Positions 37,869 to 47,008 of a DNA stretch of 64,000 bases are shown one piece after another. Numbering within the stretch: position 1 is the first letter of the stretch; every line of letters begins with the position of its first letter. Source of the DNA: Candidatus Woesearchaeota archaeon (GTDB taxonomy: Archaea; Nanobdellota; Nanobdellia; SCGC-AAA011-G17; PNOQ01); NCBI GenBank assembly GCA_043812195.1, contig JBDRML010000001.1:3857-67856 (forward strand), read 5' to 3'. A program made the translations under genes and the position numbers. Below the pieces are notes generated by a model. It was not told the DNA's origin and did no database searches. It worked only from the letters and a program-made list of their open reading frames with translations.

Positions 37869-38549
37869 ATGAAAAAATCCTATATTATTACTGGATTGCT
37901 TATTGTTATATTTTTATTAATATTAAATACACTTAATATAATCGCAGAACTTAATCCCTTTGTAAATAATATTGGAAATACTAAAGAAGATGAAATCCCT
38001 ATTAATGGGATTCCATATACTGAAAAAGAATTGAAAGATATACTTATTTTAGAAACTAAAAATATAGAAGTTCAGGATAAAACTTTAGACGAGATTATAA
38101 GTGAGATAAGACCAAGAATAAAAACATTCACTGGAAACAAATATAAATTATTTGAACCTGTACTTTCTGTAGATAGAGGTTCTCCAGAAGCTACGGTCTT
38201 TCTTTTGAGTGGTAATGGATATATTGATGATAATGCATATGATGGTTATTATATATTAATTAGGTGGGATGAAGAATCTGCAGATATTATAGAAGAATCT
38301 ATTGCTTGGAGAGGCATTCCTATTGAATATAAAAAAATGGCTGAGAAAATAGCTAGAGAGAATGAAGAAATTATGAATAAAACCCCCTATTTAATAGATG
38401 TTAGATGGATACCAGAAAAATTAGGGCAGGTACAACTATTTTTTGATGATATGTCTGCAATTCCAGAAAGCCCCATGGCATTTATCATAGTAGATTTAAA
38501 TACAAAAGAAATTATTTCTATCGAGAAAAGATATTGGGATGGTTGGTAA
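37869..38549 (+). CDS. secreted protein
   Basis: N-terminal signal/TM. Confidence 0.45.
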   Translation: MKKSYIITGLLIVIFLLILNTLNIIAELNPFVNNIGNTKEDEIPINGIPYTEKELKDILILETKNIEVQDKTLDEIISEIRPRIKTFTGNKYKLFEPVLSVDRGSPEATVFLLSGNGYIDDNAYDGYYILIRWDEESADIIEESIAWRGIPIEYKKMAEKIARENEEIMNKTPYLIDVRWIPEKLGQVQLFFDDMSAIPESPMAFIIVDLNTKEIISIEKRYWDGW

Positions 38550-38573
38550 GCAAGTGCTCTCTTTGAGATAAAT
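38541..38573 (+). repeat. degenerate cassette-boundary repeat, copy 10 (hairpin deleted)
   Basis: ggttggtaagcaagtgctctctttgagataaat keeps the GGTTGGTAAG and CTCTCTTT-AGATAA flanks. Confidence 0.55.
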
Positions 38574-39094
38574 TAATCTACATATGCTTTTAAATACCCT
38601 GTTTTTGTATGAGGAAGACCACCAACCCCTACATAATCAAATACAATATCAGCTTTAAATAAACTTCCAGGTATCCCAATATATCCATCGCCACAATCGT
38701 CTGATCTCCAGGTAGTTAATACATCAGCTGGCATAGTATCTGATTCTGTTCCCATGCATCCTGTAACACATGAGAGTGTACAAATAACTTCACCACCATC
38801 AAATCTTATTACGGCCGGGGTTGTTATTATCACATTTACAGAGTAGATATCATCACCAATACCATTTCTTAAATCAAGCGTTATTCTATCATTATAACCA
38901 TCTAGGTATTTTACTAAATAGTCATCACAAAAGATTCCAGGTGTTATCACACATTTTCCAGATGCAAGAGTTGGGTAACTATTTTGGAGATTTGATATTT
39001 TATTTTCTGATTCAAATGAAATTGCCAGCACAATAAAAGGTATAACAAGAATAGAAATTATAATAATAGGCAATATAAAGTATCTTTTTTTCAT
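38573..39094 (-). CDS. secreted protein
   Basis: signal peptide. Confidence 0.45.
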   Translation of the reverse strand: MKKRYFILPIIIISILVIPFIVLAISFESENKISNLQNSYPTLASGKCVITPGIFCDDYLVKYLDGYNDRITLDLRNGIGDDIYSVNVIITTPAVIRFDGGEVICTLSCVTGCMGTESDTMPADVLTTWRSDDCGDGYIGIPGSLFKADIVFDYVGVGGLPHTKTGYLKAYVD

Positions 39095-39137
39095 GTTATT
39101 AATTTGAATTTTGATTTATTTAAGGATTATGGTATTA

Positions 39138-39175
39138 GTAAAGCGAGAAGTGTCTCGCGCTCTCAATAGTAAGGT
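39138..39175 (+). repeat. palindromic cassette-boundary repeat, copy 11
   Basis: GTAAAGCGAGAAGTGTCTCGCGCTCTCAATAGTAAGG. Confidence 0.85.
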
Positions 39176-39211
39176 TTATAAATAGTAATTTGGTTTTGAA
39201 TTTTAGTAAAA

Positions 39212-39481
39212 ATGAAAAAATATACACCAATAATAAAAAATATAGTTGCAATAGTTGATTTAGAAACTAGTTTAGATTTAGAGAGCCTATCAACTCAACT
39301 AGAAAATGTTAGTGAATACAATAAAACAAAATTTCCAGGATTATGTTTAAAATCAAAAATCCCCGGATTATCTTATCTTCTATTTGAAAATGGAAAGGTT
39401 GTTTTAACAGGGGCTAAATCTGAAGAAGAATTACAACAGGGAACTGAATATATATTACACATTTTGAAGGATAATCTTTAA
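39212..39481 (+). CDS. single-repeat TBP-domain protein (half-TBP)
   Basis: IKNIVAIVDLETSLDLESLSTQL...FPGLCLKSKIPGLSYLLFENGKVVLTGAKSEEE matches one TATA-binding-protein repeat (IxNIVa..dL...ldL....FPGL..r...p.....iF.sGK.v.TGAKs.e); only 89 aa, so it is a single repeat. Confidence 0.6.
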   Translation: MKKYTPIIKNIVAIVDLETSLDLESLSTQLENVSEYNKTKFPGLCLKSKIPGLSYLLFENGKVVLTGAKSEEELQQGTEYILHILKDNL

Positions 39482-39508
39482 TAGTTAATAAAACTTTTCT
39501 CTAACAAA

Positions 39509-39596
39509 CATATAAACATTTTAAGTCCTGATATTAGAATTTTTAATTCTAAGTTGGTTAAAAGTAAGCGAGAGGTTTCTTGGGTTCTCTTAAAAA
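39509..39596 (+). repeat. palindromic cassette-boundary repeat, copy 12 (long form, right hairpin arm degenerate)
   Basis: catataaacattttaagtcctgatattagaatttttaattctaagttggttaaaagtaagcgagaggtttcttgggttctcttaaaaaaagc. Confidence 0.8.
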
Positions 39597-39743
39597 AAGC
39601 AAAAAGCTTTAAAAGTTAATTTCCTTGCTATTAAACAAAAGATATGATAGATTTGGTTGTAATATGGAAAATGACAAAAACAATATACTTAAACAAGGAT
39701 TTTAAACCAAAACTATTGGCAGTGGCAGATAAACTTAGAAATA

Positions 39744-41045
39744 ATGAAGATGAATAAAAAAGAAATTTCAGAACTTATAAAAACAGGAGAAGGATATACT
39801 CTTGAATTCAAAGAAAGTTTAAGTAGTTCTATTGGAAAGACAATATGCGCTTTTGCAAATTCTTCAGGAGGAAAAATTATTTTAGGAGTTACAGATAATG
39901 GGGTTGTTAGGAGTTATAATCTAAATAACGCTGACCGTTCAAAAATTGAAAATATTGTAAGGAATATGGATCCTTCATTTCGAGTAAATATAGAACAGGT
40001 TTCAGATTTAGTTGTGATTTATGTTCCTGAAGGTAAAGAGAAACCTTACGCCATAAACGGGCATTTTTATTTAAGGCAAGGAGCAAATTCACAACAATTA
40101 AGGCGGGATGAAATTAGATCATTATTCCAGAGAGAGAATTTAATTAGATTTGATCGTAAAGCCAATCAAGAATTTGATATGAAAGAAGATTTTGATAAGA
40201 AAAAATTCAAATCATTCATTACCAAAACTGGGATTGACAGTTCTTTGCCTAAACAACATATCTTAAAGAATTTAGGTTTAATTACTGAAAATAAGCTTAA
40301 TAATACAGGAGTTTTATTTTTTTCACATCGCATTTCTAAGTTTTTCTTAAATTCTGTCATCACCTGTGTGTTATATAGCGGGAGAACAAAAACAAAGATT
40401 TTGGATAAAAAAGAATTTGATGCAGATTTTGTTTCTAACTTCAATAATGCCGTCATTTTTGCATTAAAAACACTTAAAACAGAATATGTTATTGAAAAAG
40501 TTGAAAGGGAAGAAAAACATGAAATCCCTGAAAAAGTTTTGCGTGAATTAATAATCAATGCAATGATTCACAGAAATTATTTTTCAGAAGGCCGTATTTT
40601 AATTGAGATTTATGCAGATAGAATTGAAATTACTAATCCAGGAGAGCTATTATTTAAGAAAAGTGATTTGGGGAAAAGAAGCCTTGCCAGAAATCCTCTT
40701 TTAGTTGATTTAGTTCACAGGCTGCAATTTGTGGAAAAAATAGGCTCAGGTATTAAAAGAGTCAAAGAATTAATGGGGAGTAAAATTAAATTTGATATAG
40801 ATTCTGACTGGTTTGGAGTGATTATTAAGAGAAATGACACTGTAAATGACACTGTAAATGACACTGTAAAAATCATTTTATCTGAATTAAGAATTAATCC
40901 TAATATTACTTATGATGAACTAGGAAAGAAAATTGGTAAAAGCAGGAGCACAATTATTCGTCATATTGACAAACTAAAAGAAAAGGGTATTGTAAAGAGA
41001 ATTGGCTCAGATAAAGGAGGACATTGGGAAGTGGTTGGAAAATGA
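39744..41045 (+). CDS. AlbA_2 (Schlafen-like) + HATPase_c_4 + wHTH putative regulator (COG2865-like)
   Basis: N-terminal LEFKESL...ICAFANSSGGKIILGV (AlbA_2); mid NAMIHRNY; C-terminal HTH; contains a 9-bp x3 tandem repeat. Confidence 0.65.
   Translation: MKMNKKEISELIKTGEGYTLEFKESLSSSIGKTICAFANSSGGKIILGVTDNGVVRSYNLNNADRSKIENIVRNMDPSFRVNIEQVSDLVVIYVPEGKEKPYAINGHFYLRQGANSQQLRRDEIRSLFQRENLIRFDRKANQEFDMKEDFDKKKFKSFITKTGIDSSLPKQHILKNLGLITENKLNNTGVLFFSHRISKFFLNSVITCVLYSGRTKTKILDKKEFDADFVSNFNNAVIFALKTLKTEYVIEKVEREEKHEIPEKVLRELIINAMIHRNYFSEGRILIEIYADRIEITNPGELLFKKSDLGKRSLARNPLLVDLVHRLQFVEKIGSGIKRVKELMGSKIKFDIDSDWFGVIIKRNDTVNDTVNDTVKIILSELRINPNITYDELGKKIGKSRSTIIRHIDKLKEKGIVKRIGSDKGGHWEVVGK
40833..40868 (+). 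repeat. tandem 9-bp repeat AATGACACTGTA x3 (encodes NDTV x3)
   Basis: read directly from the sequence. Confidence 0.8.
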
Positions 41046-41102
41046 AAGATCTAAAGAAGAATTTAAAGAGAGTTGTGTGCACGTTTATGGTAAACTACTA
41101 CT

Positions 41103-41675
41103 ATGAAAAAGAAAAGGCAAAAACCATGGGAAACAAAATTAATTGAAAAAATTATTGATGTTACTGGTTATTGTTTTCCTGGAGCGGAAGAAGAAGCATT
41201 GAAGCAGTTTAACAAAGTAAAAGCTAAAGAAATTTCTGTAATGCGAACTAAAGTAGATTTTGATCGTGGTTTTCAAACATGGTTTTTATTAAAATATTTA
41301 ATCGAAGAAAAATTTACACCAATGGAAGTTATTTCTGGAAACCCGTCAAATTATTTTACAAAAAGAGAATTGCAAATGGTTGATAACTTTCTCAATAATA
41401 AAGAGGGCTTTTATGAAATAATATCCATCTCAAGAGACAAAAAAGACTTTACCATAAAGAATGTTATGAATAGCGAGATTATTTCTGTAAAAACAATTGA
41501 TTTTCCCAACAAATTAAGTAAAGGAGAACATATTTATACAATTCCTGTGCAAAAGCTTGATGGAAACTATTTCTTTTACGGCAATGTAACATGTTATTCA
41601 AAAGAGAATTGTGTAGATATTGTAAATCTTACAAAGATAGAAAAAGCACATAGGTTAAGTTTATATGAGAGATGA
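41103..41675 (+). CDS. hypothetical protein
   Basis: ORF track. Confidence 0.4.
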   Translation: MKKKRQKPWETKLIEKIIDVTGYCFPGAEEEALKQFNKVKAKEISVMRTKVDFDRGFQTWFLLKYLIEEKFTPMEVISGNPSNYFTKRELQMVDNFLNNKEGFYEIISISRDKKDFTIKNVMNSEIISVKTIDFPNKLSKGEHIYTIPVQKLDGNYFFYGNVTCYSKENCVDIVNLTKIEKAHRLSLYER

Positions 41676-41985
41676 ATTAGTCAAAAAATTTAAAGATAAG
41701 GAAATTGAAGTTCTTTTTTCAACTAAATGTAATAGGGGTGTAGATTTTCCAGGTGAAATTTGTAATAGTATTATATTCACAAAATATCCATATCCTAATG
41801 TAAGTTCTTTATTTTGGCAGATATTAAAGAAAAGTAAGCCTGAATATTATAGTATGTTCTATAAAGATAAAGCTGAAAGAGAATTCTTGCAAAGAGTTTA
41901 TAGAGGTCTTAGGTCAGAAAAAGATCATATAAATATTTTAAGTCCAGATATTAGGATTTTGAATTCCATTGGGTTGGTTAAGTAA
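41665..41985 (+). pseudogene. duplicated 3' fragment (106 codons) of the XPD-like helicase gene
   Basis: translation is identical to the last 104 aa of 30391..33576; nucleotide near-identity with 33259-33576; followed by repeat copy 13. Confidence 0.75.
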
Positions 41986-42015
41986 GCGAGAGGTTTCTCG
42001 CGCTCTCTTAATTAA
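41983..42015 (+). repeat. palindromic cassette-boundary repeat, copy 13
   Basis: GTAAGCGAGAGGTTTCTCGCGCTCTCTTAATTA. Confidence 0.85.
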
Positions 42016-42622
42016 AATAACCTTCATACTGTTCTAAATGTTCAAAGAACTTTTTAGCATATACCTCGCAATTTGGTTGCAATTGGGCATCAAGATCTCC
42101 ATGGCACCCAAAATTTGCATATGCATTTCCATATATTTTATCATATTCAATAATTTTCTTTATAGTATTGGGAGGAACTATTAAAGGAATTCCTTCGTTT
42201 TGATAGTATTCTACAGAATGAGGAGGCATCATATTAATTTCTGAATAATTATACCAAACTTCAAAATCTCCTAAATTTTCAACTTTGCCCCTTTTCTTCA
42301 CTTTTTCAGTTTCTTGATAATATAGATTATCTTTATTAAAAACCAAAACAGTAGCCACGATTCCAGCATAATAAAAAGTATTCTCATTTGTAATGTTCCT
42401 ATTTTTATCCTCAGCAATCAGCATAGAATAATATCCCCATTCATCACCTTCCAGTCCTGCCCCTCCTACTTCTGAATTAGGAATATACCCTTCAGGAAGT
42501 TCGGTATTAACAAAACTTAAAAATAAATTATTATCCTTTTCTATATCAAGTTTAGAAAACTTACATCCTGAAATAGGCAAGATAATTAAAATAATTAAAA
42601 TAAATAATAACTTCTTTTTCAT
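42008..42622 (-). CDS. lipoprotein
   Basis: lipobox ISGC; the gene is inverted relative to the repeats. Confidence 0.5.
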   Translation of the reverse strand: MKKKLLFILIILIILPISGCKFSKLDIEKDNNLFLSFVNTELPEGYIPNSEVGGAGLEGDEWGYYSMLIAEDKNRNITNENTFYYAGIVATVLVFNKDNLYYQETEKVKKRGKVENLGDFEVWYNYSEINMMPPHSVEYYQNEGIPLIVPPNTIKKIIEYDKIYGNAYANFGCHGDLDAQLQPNCEVYAKKFFEHLEQYEGYFN

Positions 42623-42666
42623 AGTAAAATATTAATACTTTACTATTTAAATATTTCCAAATTAGT

Positions 42667-42700
42667 CTTAGCGAGAGCTTCTCCCGCGCTCTCTTTAGTA
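42667..42700 (+). repeat. palindromic cassette-boundary repeat, copy 14
   Basis: TTAGCGAGAGCTTCTCCCGCGCTCTCTTTAGTAA. Confidence 0.8.
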
Positions 42701-42762
42701 AAAAACCTAAAAAAACCCAAAATTAGTTCCTTTTATATATTTTTCTAATATTTCTATTTTAG

Positions 42763-44025
42763 ATGAAAATACTAAAAAGCCCTATTTCAGTTCACTATGA
42801 ATTAACTGAAAATTGCAATCATCGTTGCGAACATTGTTATAATCCCTTTGCGCATATTTCTGAAGAAGTTCCAAAATTAACAAGAGATAGAATAATAGAA
42901 GAATTAGTACAAAATGAAGTATTTCATGTTATCCTTACTGGAGGAGAACCATTATTTTATCAAGATATGGCTGTAGATGCTGTAAAAAGATTAAATAAAA
43001 ATGGAGCTGTTGTTTCTTTAAATTCAAATTTAACTTTAATGGATAGAAATACTGCAGTCTCACTTAAAAAAGCAGGTCTAAAAAGTGCCCTAACTAGCAT
43101 AACTCACTATGATCCAAATATTCATGATAAAATTACTAAAATAGATGGAAGTTTAGAAAGATGTATTTCTGGAATTAATTATCTTGTAAATCAAGAAATA
43201 CCTGTCTCAGTAAATATGGTCGTAACAAAAGACAGAGTTGACGATGTTTACAAAACAGGAGAAATGTTAGTAGATTTAGGTATTACAGGTTTTTCAGCAA
43301 CAAGAATGGCGCCAAACAGAGATAATCTAAAAGAAATTTTAGATGCTCAAGAAGTAAAACATATGTTAGATCAATTATTATTATTAAAAGAAAAATACGG
43401 CATTAATGTTTCAAGCTTAAACAATCTTCCAAGATGTTTTAGTTCTGACAAAAAATATGGGATATTTATGAATAGATCTTGTAATGGTGGAAGAACAAGT
43501 GCAACAATAACTCAGATAGGTGGATTAAAATCTTGTCATCATTTAGATGAAGTTGTTGGAAATATAATAGAGGAAGGATTATCAACAGTTTGGGAAAAGG
43601 CTCCAGTATTAAAAGATGAAAGATTGCCAAAAGGATGTTTAGCATGTGATGTAAATGAAAACTGTGCAGGAGGCTGTAGACAAACTGCAGAAGTTGTTAG
43701 AAACAAAAAAACAGGCCTAGATCCAATTGCAAGAGGAAAAGAACAAATAATAACCTTAGATCCACCAGAACTGCCAAATAAAGATAGCACATTAAGATTT
43801 ATGAAAGATACATTATATAGAAAAGAAAAAAATGGAGGGGTTTTATTTAGAAATCCAAGAAATTATGCAATATTAAATGAATCACAATATCAGTTAGCTT
43901 TAAAACTGTCAAACAACTCTTTTTCAATAAATGAATTGAAAGATTTATTTGGAAATGAATTAAGTTCCTTTATGGAAAGATTATACCAAAAAGGTTTAAT
44001 AGGGGAGGCAAAATGGAAAAATTAG
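42763..44025 (+). CDS. radical SAM/SPASM-domain peptide-maturase-like enzyme (paralog of 35523..36881)
   Basis: CNHRCEHC (CxxxCxxC); C-terminal CLACDVNENCAGGC SPASM-like. Confidence 0.8.
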   Translation: MKILKSPISVHYELTENCNHRCEHCYNPFAHISEEVPKLTRDRIIEELVQNEVFHVILTGGEPLFYQDMAVDAVKRLNKNGAVVSLNSNLTLMDRNTAVSLKKAGLKSALTSITHYDPNIHDKITKIDGSLERCISGINYLVNQEIPVSVNMVVTKDRVDDVYKTGEMLVDLGITGFSATRMAPNRDNLKEILDAQEVKHMLDQLLLLKEKYGINVSSLNNLPRCFSSDKKYGIFMNRSCNGGRTSATITQIGGLKSCHHLDEVVGNIIEEGLSTVWEKAPVLKDERLPKGCLACDVNENCAGGCRQTAEVVRNKKTGLDPIARGKEQIITLDPPELPNKDSTLRFMKDTLYRKEKNGGVLFRNPRNYAILNESQYQLALKLSNNSFSINELKDLFGNELSSFMERLYQKGLIGEAKWKN

Positions 44026-44177
44026 TTACTAACGAAAAAAGAATTGACTTAAAATATGAGCCAGCAGGCAAGTTAGCAGAGATTAAAGAATTGACTTCAA
44101 AAGCAAATGTAATAGAAGAATTAAATTATTTAAGAACAATAGATTACGATTGTGATGACGGAAATTGTAGTGATTAA
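44013..44177 (+). CDS. precursor peptide (54 aa) with C-terminal DYDCDDGNCSD
   Basis: start overlaps the rSAM stop; leader SKANVIEELNYLRTIDYDC is similar to SKTNDIEGAYSVDSC of the 36878 peptide. Confidence 0.55.
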   Translation: MEKLVTNEKRIDLKYEPAGKLAEIKELTSKANVIEELNYLRTIDYDCDDGNCSD

Positions 44178-44179
44178 AT

Positions 44180-44767
44180 ATGATTTATAACTTAAATGAA
44201 GTAAATGAAAAAGAACTAAAAGAGTTCTTAGATACCTCATTAGAAGAACTAAAAGAGTTTTACAAATTAGGGGAATTTCAAACTCCTAATTTATTTATTT
44301 TAAAAGATAGAAAAACTATAGATCAATTAAAAGGGAAAAAAACAGAGGATTGGTTAGTTGGTTGGTCTGTCCCAGAGCTTAATTCAATTTTTGTTCTAGA
44401 AAAATCTAAATTCGGAACAGAAAGCAAAAAAGTATACAGCGATAATATGTACAATAAATTACTGAAACATGAATTAGTTCATATTATATATCATAAAATT
44501 TCTAAAAATAGAAAACCAGTTTGGCTTAGTGAAGGTATAGCAATTTATCTTTCAGGCCAATATCTTAAAAAAACTAGACCAGAAAAATTCAAAAATTTCC
44601 TAAATTTTTATAATGAAGGAGGATCTGAAGTTTATGAAGAAAGCGGATTTGCTGTTGAATTATTAATCAACAAATTTGGAAAAGAAAAATTATTAACTTT
44701 AATTAAATCTTTAAACGGAATAGAATCAGATAAAGAATTTTTAAAGAAATATACAAAGTTGAGCTAA
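44180..44767 (+). CDS. HExxH zinc-metallopeptidase-like protein
   Basis: HELVHIIYH; starts 3 nt after the peptide stop. Confidence 0.5.
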   Translation: MIYNLNEVNEKELKEFLDTSLEELKEFYKLGEFQTPNLFILKDRKTIDQLKGKKTEDWLVGWSVPELNSIFVLEKSKFGTESKKVYSDNMYNKLLKHELVHIIYHKISKNRKPVWLSEGIAIYLSGQYLKKTRPEKFKNFLNFYNEGGSEVYEESGFAVELLINKFGKEKLLTLIKSLNGIESDKEFLKKYTKLS

Positions 44768-44795
44768 ATTACAATCTTTTTAATAATTAAAAATT

Positions 44796-44830
44796 TTAGA
44801 AAGAGAGTGCTCTCTTTAGATAGATTTTTA
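44796..44830 (+). repeat. variant cassette-boundary repeat, copy 15
   Basis: TTAGAAAGAGAGTGCTCTCTTTAGATAGATT, with palindrome GAGAG-TG-CTCTC. Confidence 0.6.
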
Positions 44831-44857
44831 TATTTCAATTAATTAATAAAAATAAAA

Positions 44858-45832
44858 GTGGTGAACAAAACTAGGAGGAATGATATAATGAAAAAGGGTT
44901 TGTTAGTTTTATTTTTGTTTAGTGTTTTAGTTCTTGCTTCAACATCAACTTCAGCAGCTAATTGTGGTGGTAATATTTCTTGTAATTGCGGAGATACAGT
45001 TGTTGAGGATTATGTTTTGGACAGAGACTTATTTTGCGAATCTACCTACTGGCCACCAACTTCTATAGGTTTGATGGTTGGTTCTGAAGGTATTAATATA
45101 GATTGTAATGGTCATAGTATAACTAGTGATAATAATGAACCAAACTTTAATATTGCTAATTATGCAATACACACTCTGAATAAAGATAACATAACTATAA
45201 AAAACTGCCATTTTCATTACTTTTTTTGTGGCATATATGCAAATTCTAAAAATAATTTTATCCATAACAACGAATTTAATGACTCTGCATTGGGTATTTG
45301 GACTACGGGCCCTAACAATACAATTAGAAATAATGAAATGCATCACAATTATAGAGCAATTTGGATTAATGGCAATGGTAATCTAATTTCAAACAACAAT
45401 ATATATAATAATTATCAAGGCATTTCATTCTATTCTATATCTCCACCAGGACCATTTACTAATAATACATTCTGGATTAACAGGTTTGTAAACAATGATA
45501 TTGTTGTTGATGAAGATAACACAATTGGTAATCATTGGAATAATAGTAATGTAGGAAACTTCTGGGATGATTTTGATGATAATATTGGATATCCAGATTA
45601 TTACTTGGTTCCAGGCAACGCTGGTTCTGTGGATTATCATCCAATCTGGTTCTGTAAAGAGGGAATAGAACCAGAAGTATGTTCTGAACAAACACCATTC
45701 TGTTGTAGATATGGAGAATTAGTAGCTGATTGTCAACAATGTGGCTGCCCTTCTGATAGACCAAAATGTCAAGAAAATGGACATTGCACAAAAGCAGATA
45801 AACCAACTTTGCCGTTCATTATAGCAAATTAA
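44858..45832 (+). CDS. secreted right-handed parallel beta-helix repeat protein
   Basis: signal peptide; repeated NNxxxNN/IxNN blocks (NNEFND..IRNNEMHHN..ISNNNIYNN). Confidence 0.6.
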   Translation: MVNKTRRNDIMKKGLLVLFLFSVLVLASTSTSAANCGGNISCNCGDTVVEDYVLDRDLFCESTYWPPTSIGLMVGSEGINIDCNGHSITSDNNEPNFNIANYAIHTLNKDNITIKNCHFHYFFCGIYANSKNNFIHNNEFNDSALGIWTTGPNNTIRNNEMHHNYRAIWINGNGNLISNNNIYNNYQGISFYSISPPGPFTNNTFWINRFVNNDIVVDEDNTIGNHWNNSNVGNFWDDFDDNIGYPDYYLVPGNAGSVDYHPIWFCKEGIEPEVCSEQTPFCCRYGELVADCQQCGCPSDRPKCQENGHCTKADKPTLPFIIAN

Positions 45833-45847
45833 ATACCAATGGTTAAA

Positions 45848-46861
45848 CTATTGTTCTGGGCTAAAAACCTTCAATTGTCCACTATTGAATAAAATAGGTA
45901 ATTGTTTAAAAATCCCTCCTTGGGCATCATAACAATTACAAAGAAATCTCAACCCAGTAATGCCGTCCTCTATGGTATAATTGCTTCCTCTGCAAAAGTC
46001 TGAACATTCTTGTATTTGTTCTTCTGTTGGTTCAGATGGTTTAGCCAAATAACTACTCGCTTCAACATTCATAACTTTTCCAGTATAAATAGGAACAACT
46101 TCTGGATAATCATATCTATCAAAAAGATTAACCGAACCTATGGTTCCAGGTCCAGTAGACTCAACAAAACAATAATCAGTTTCAAAATTACCTTTATTAC
46201 ATTGAATTCCAACAGTCATATGCTCTTTTTCATCAAATAAAAATAAAGCTACACCATATCCCATTCTCTTTAAAATCTTCCCAAGTAATAAGGATTTATC
46301 AGCACACATTCCTGTATTATCATATAATGTTTCATAAGGATATCTTACAGAATACACTCTATAATTAATTGTTTCATCATAAGGTATTCTTCTAACTAAA
46401 TAAATTAAATCTCTAACGAGATTATCTCCTTCATTGCCTGTTCTTTCTTTTGCATTTTCTATAAGTTGATCTATTACATATAAATCATTATCATCTTCAA
46501 GATACATCAGCCAAATTTCTGCTTCCGCTTCTTTACTTATTTCATCTGGATAATACCAAAAATTTTGAGGAGCATCAAAAACAAAATGATTATATACACT
46601 ATGATGTAATTCTATATTAAAATAACCCAATCTTACCTTTAAATCCTCGGATATTATACTACTAGTATGTTCTACTAACTCTACAGTTTCACTTTCATTA
46701 TTATCTCCTTCTAAATTATCCACACTTATTAATTCTGTATAATCTTCTGGATCAGTATAATTTACTAAAGCTAAAGCTATCACAATAATCAAAAGAATAA
46801 CCCATGGTGTTGTATTTGGTGTTTTATTTTTTTTACTCATCTTATTTATCTTCTGTTTCAA
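45848..46861 (-). CDS. transglutaminase-like cysteine protease domain protein, N-terminal TM
   Basis: GMCADKS (Cys) ... EHMTVG (His) with a downstream Asp; spacing is transglutaminase-core-like. Confidence 0.55.
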   Translation of the reverse strand: MKQKINKMSKKNKTPNTTPWVILLIIVIALALVNYTDPEDYTELISVDNLEGDNNESETVELVEHTSSIISEDLKVRLGYFNIELHHSVYNHFVFDAPQNFWYYPDEISKEAEAEIWLMYLEDDNDLYVIDQLIENAKERTGNEGDNLVRDLIYLVRRIPYDETINYRVYSVRYPYETLYDNTGMCADKSLLLGKILKRMGYGVALFLFDEKEHMTVGIQCNKGNFETDYCFVESTGPGTIGSVNLFDRYDYPEVVPIYTGKVMNVEASSYLAKPSEPTEEQIQECSDFCRGSNYTIEDGITGLRFLCNCYDAQGGIFKQLPILFNSGQLKVFSPEQ

Positions 46862-46940
46862 ATACTTAGTAATTCTATTTTTTAAGCTTCTTCATTCCAT
46901 TATTTAAAACAAAATAAATGTATAAAAATGTTTGTGTTGA

Positions 46941-46975
46941 GTAAGCGAGAAGTGTCTCGCGCTCTCTTTAAGAAA
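46941..46975 (+). repeat. palindromic cassette-boundary repeat, copy 16
   Basis: GTAAGCGAGAAGTGTCTCGCGCTCTCTTTAAGAAAG. Confidence 0.85.
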
Positions 46976-47008
46976 GTATATAAATCAATTAAATAACATA
47001 ATCCTAAC

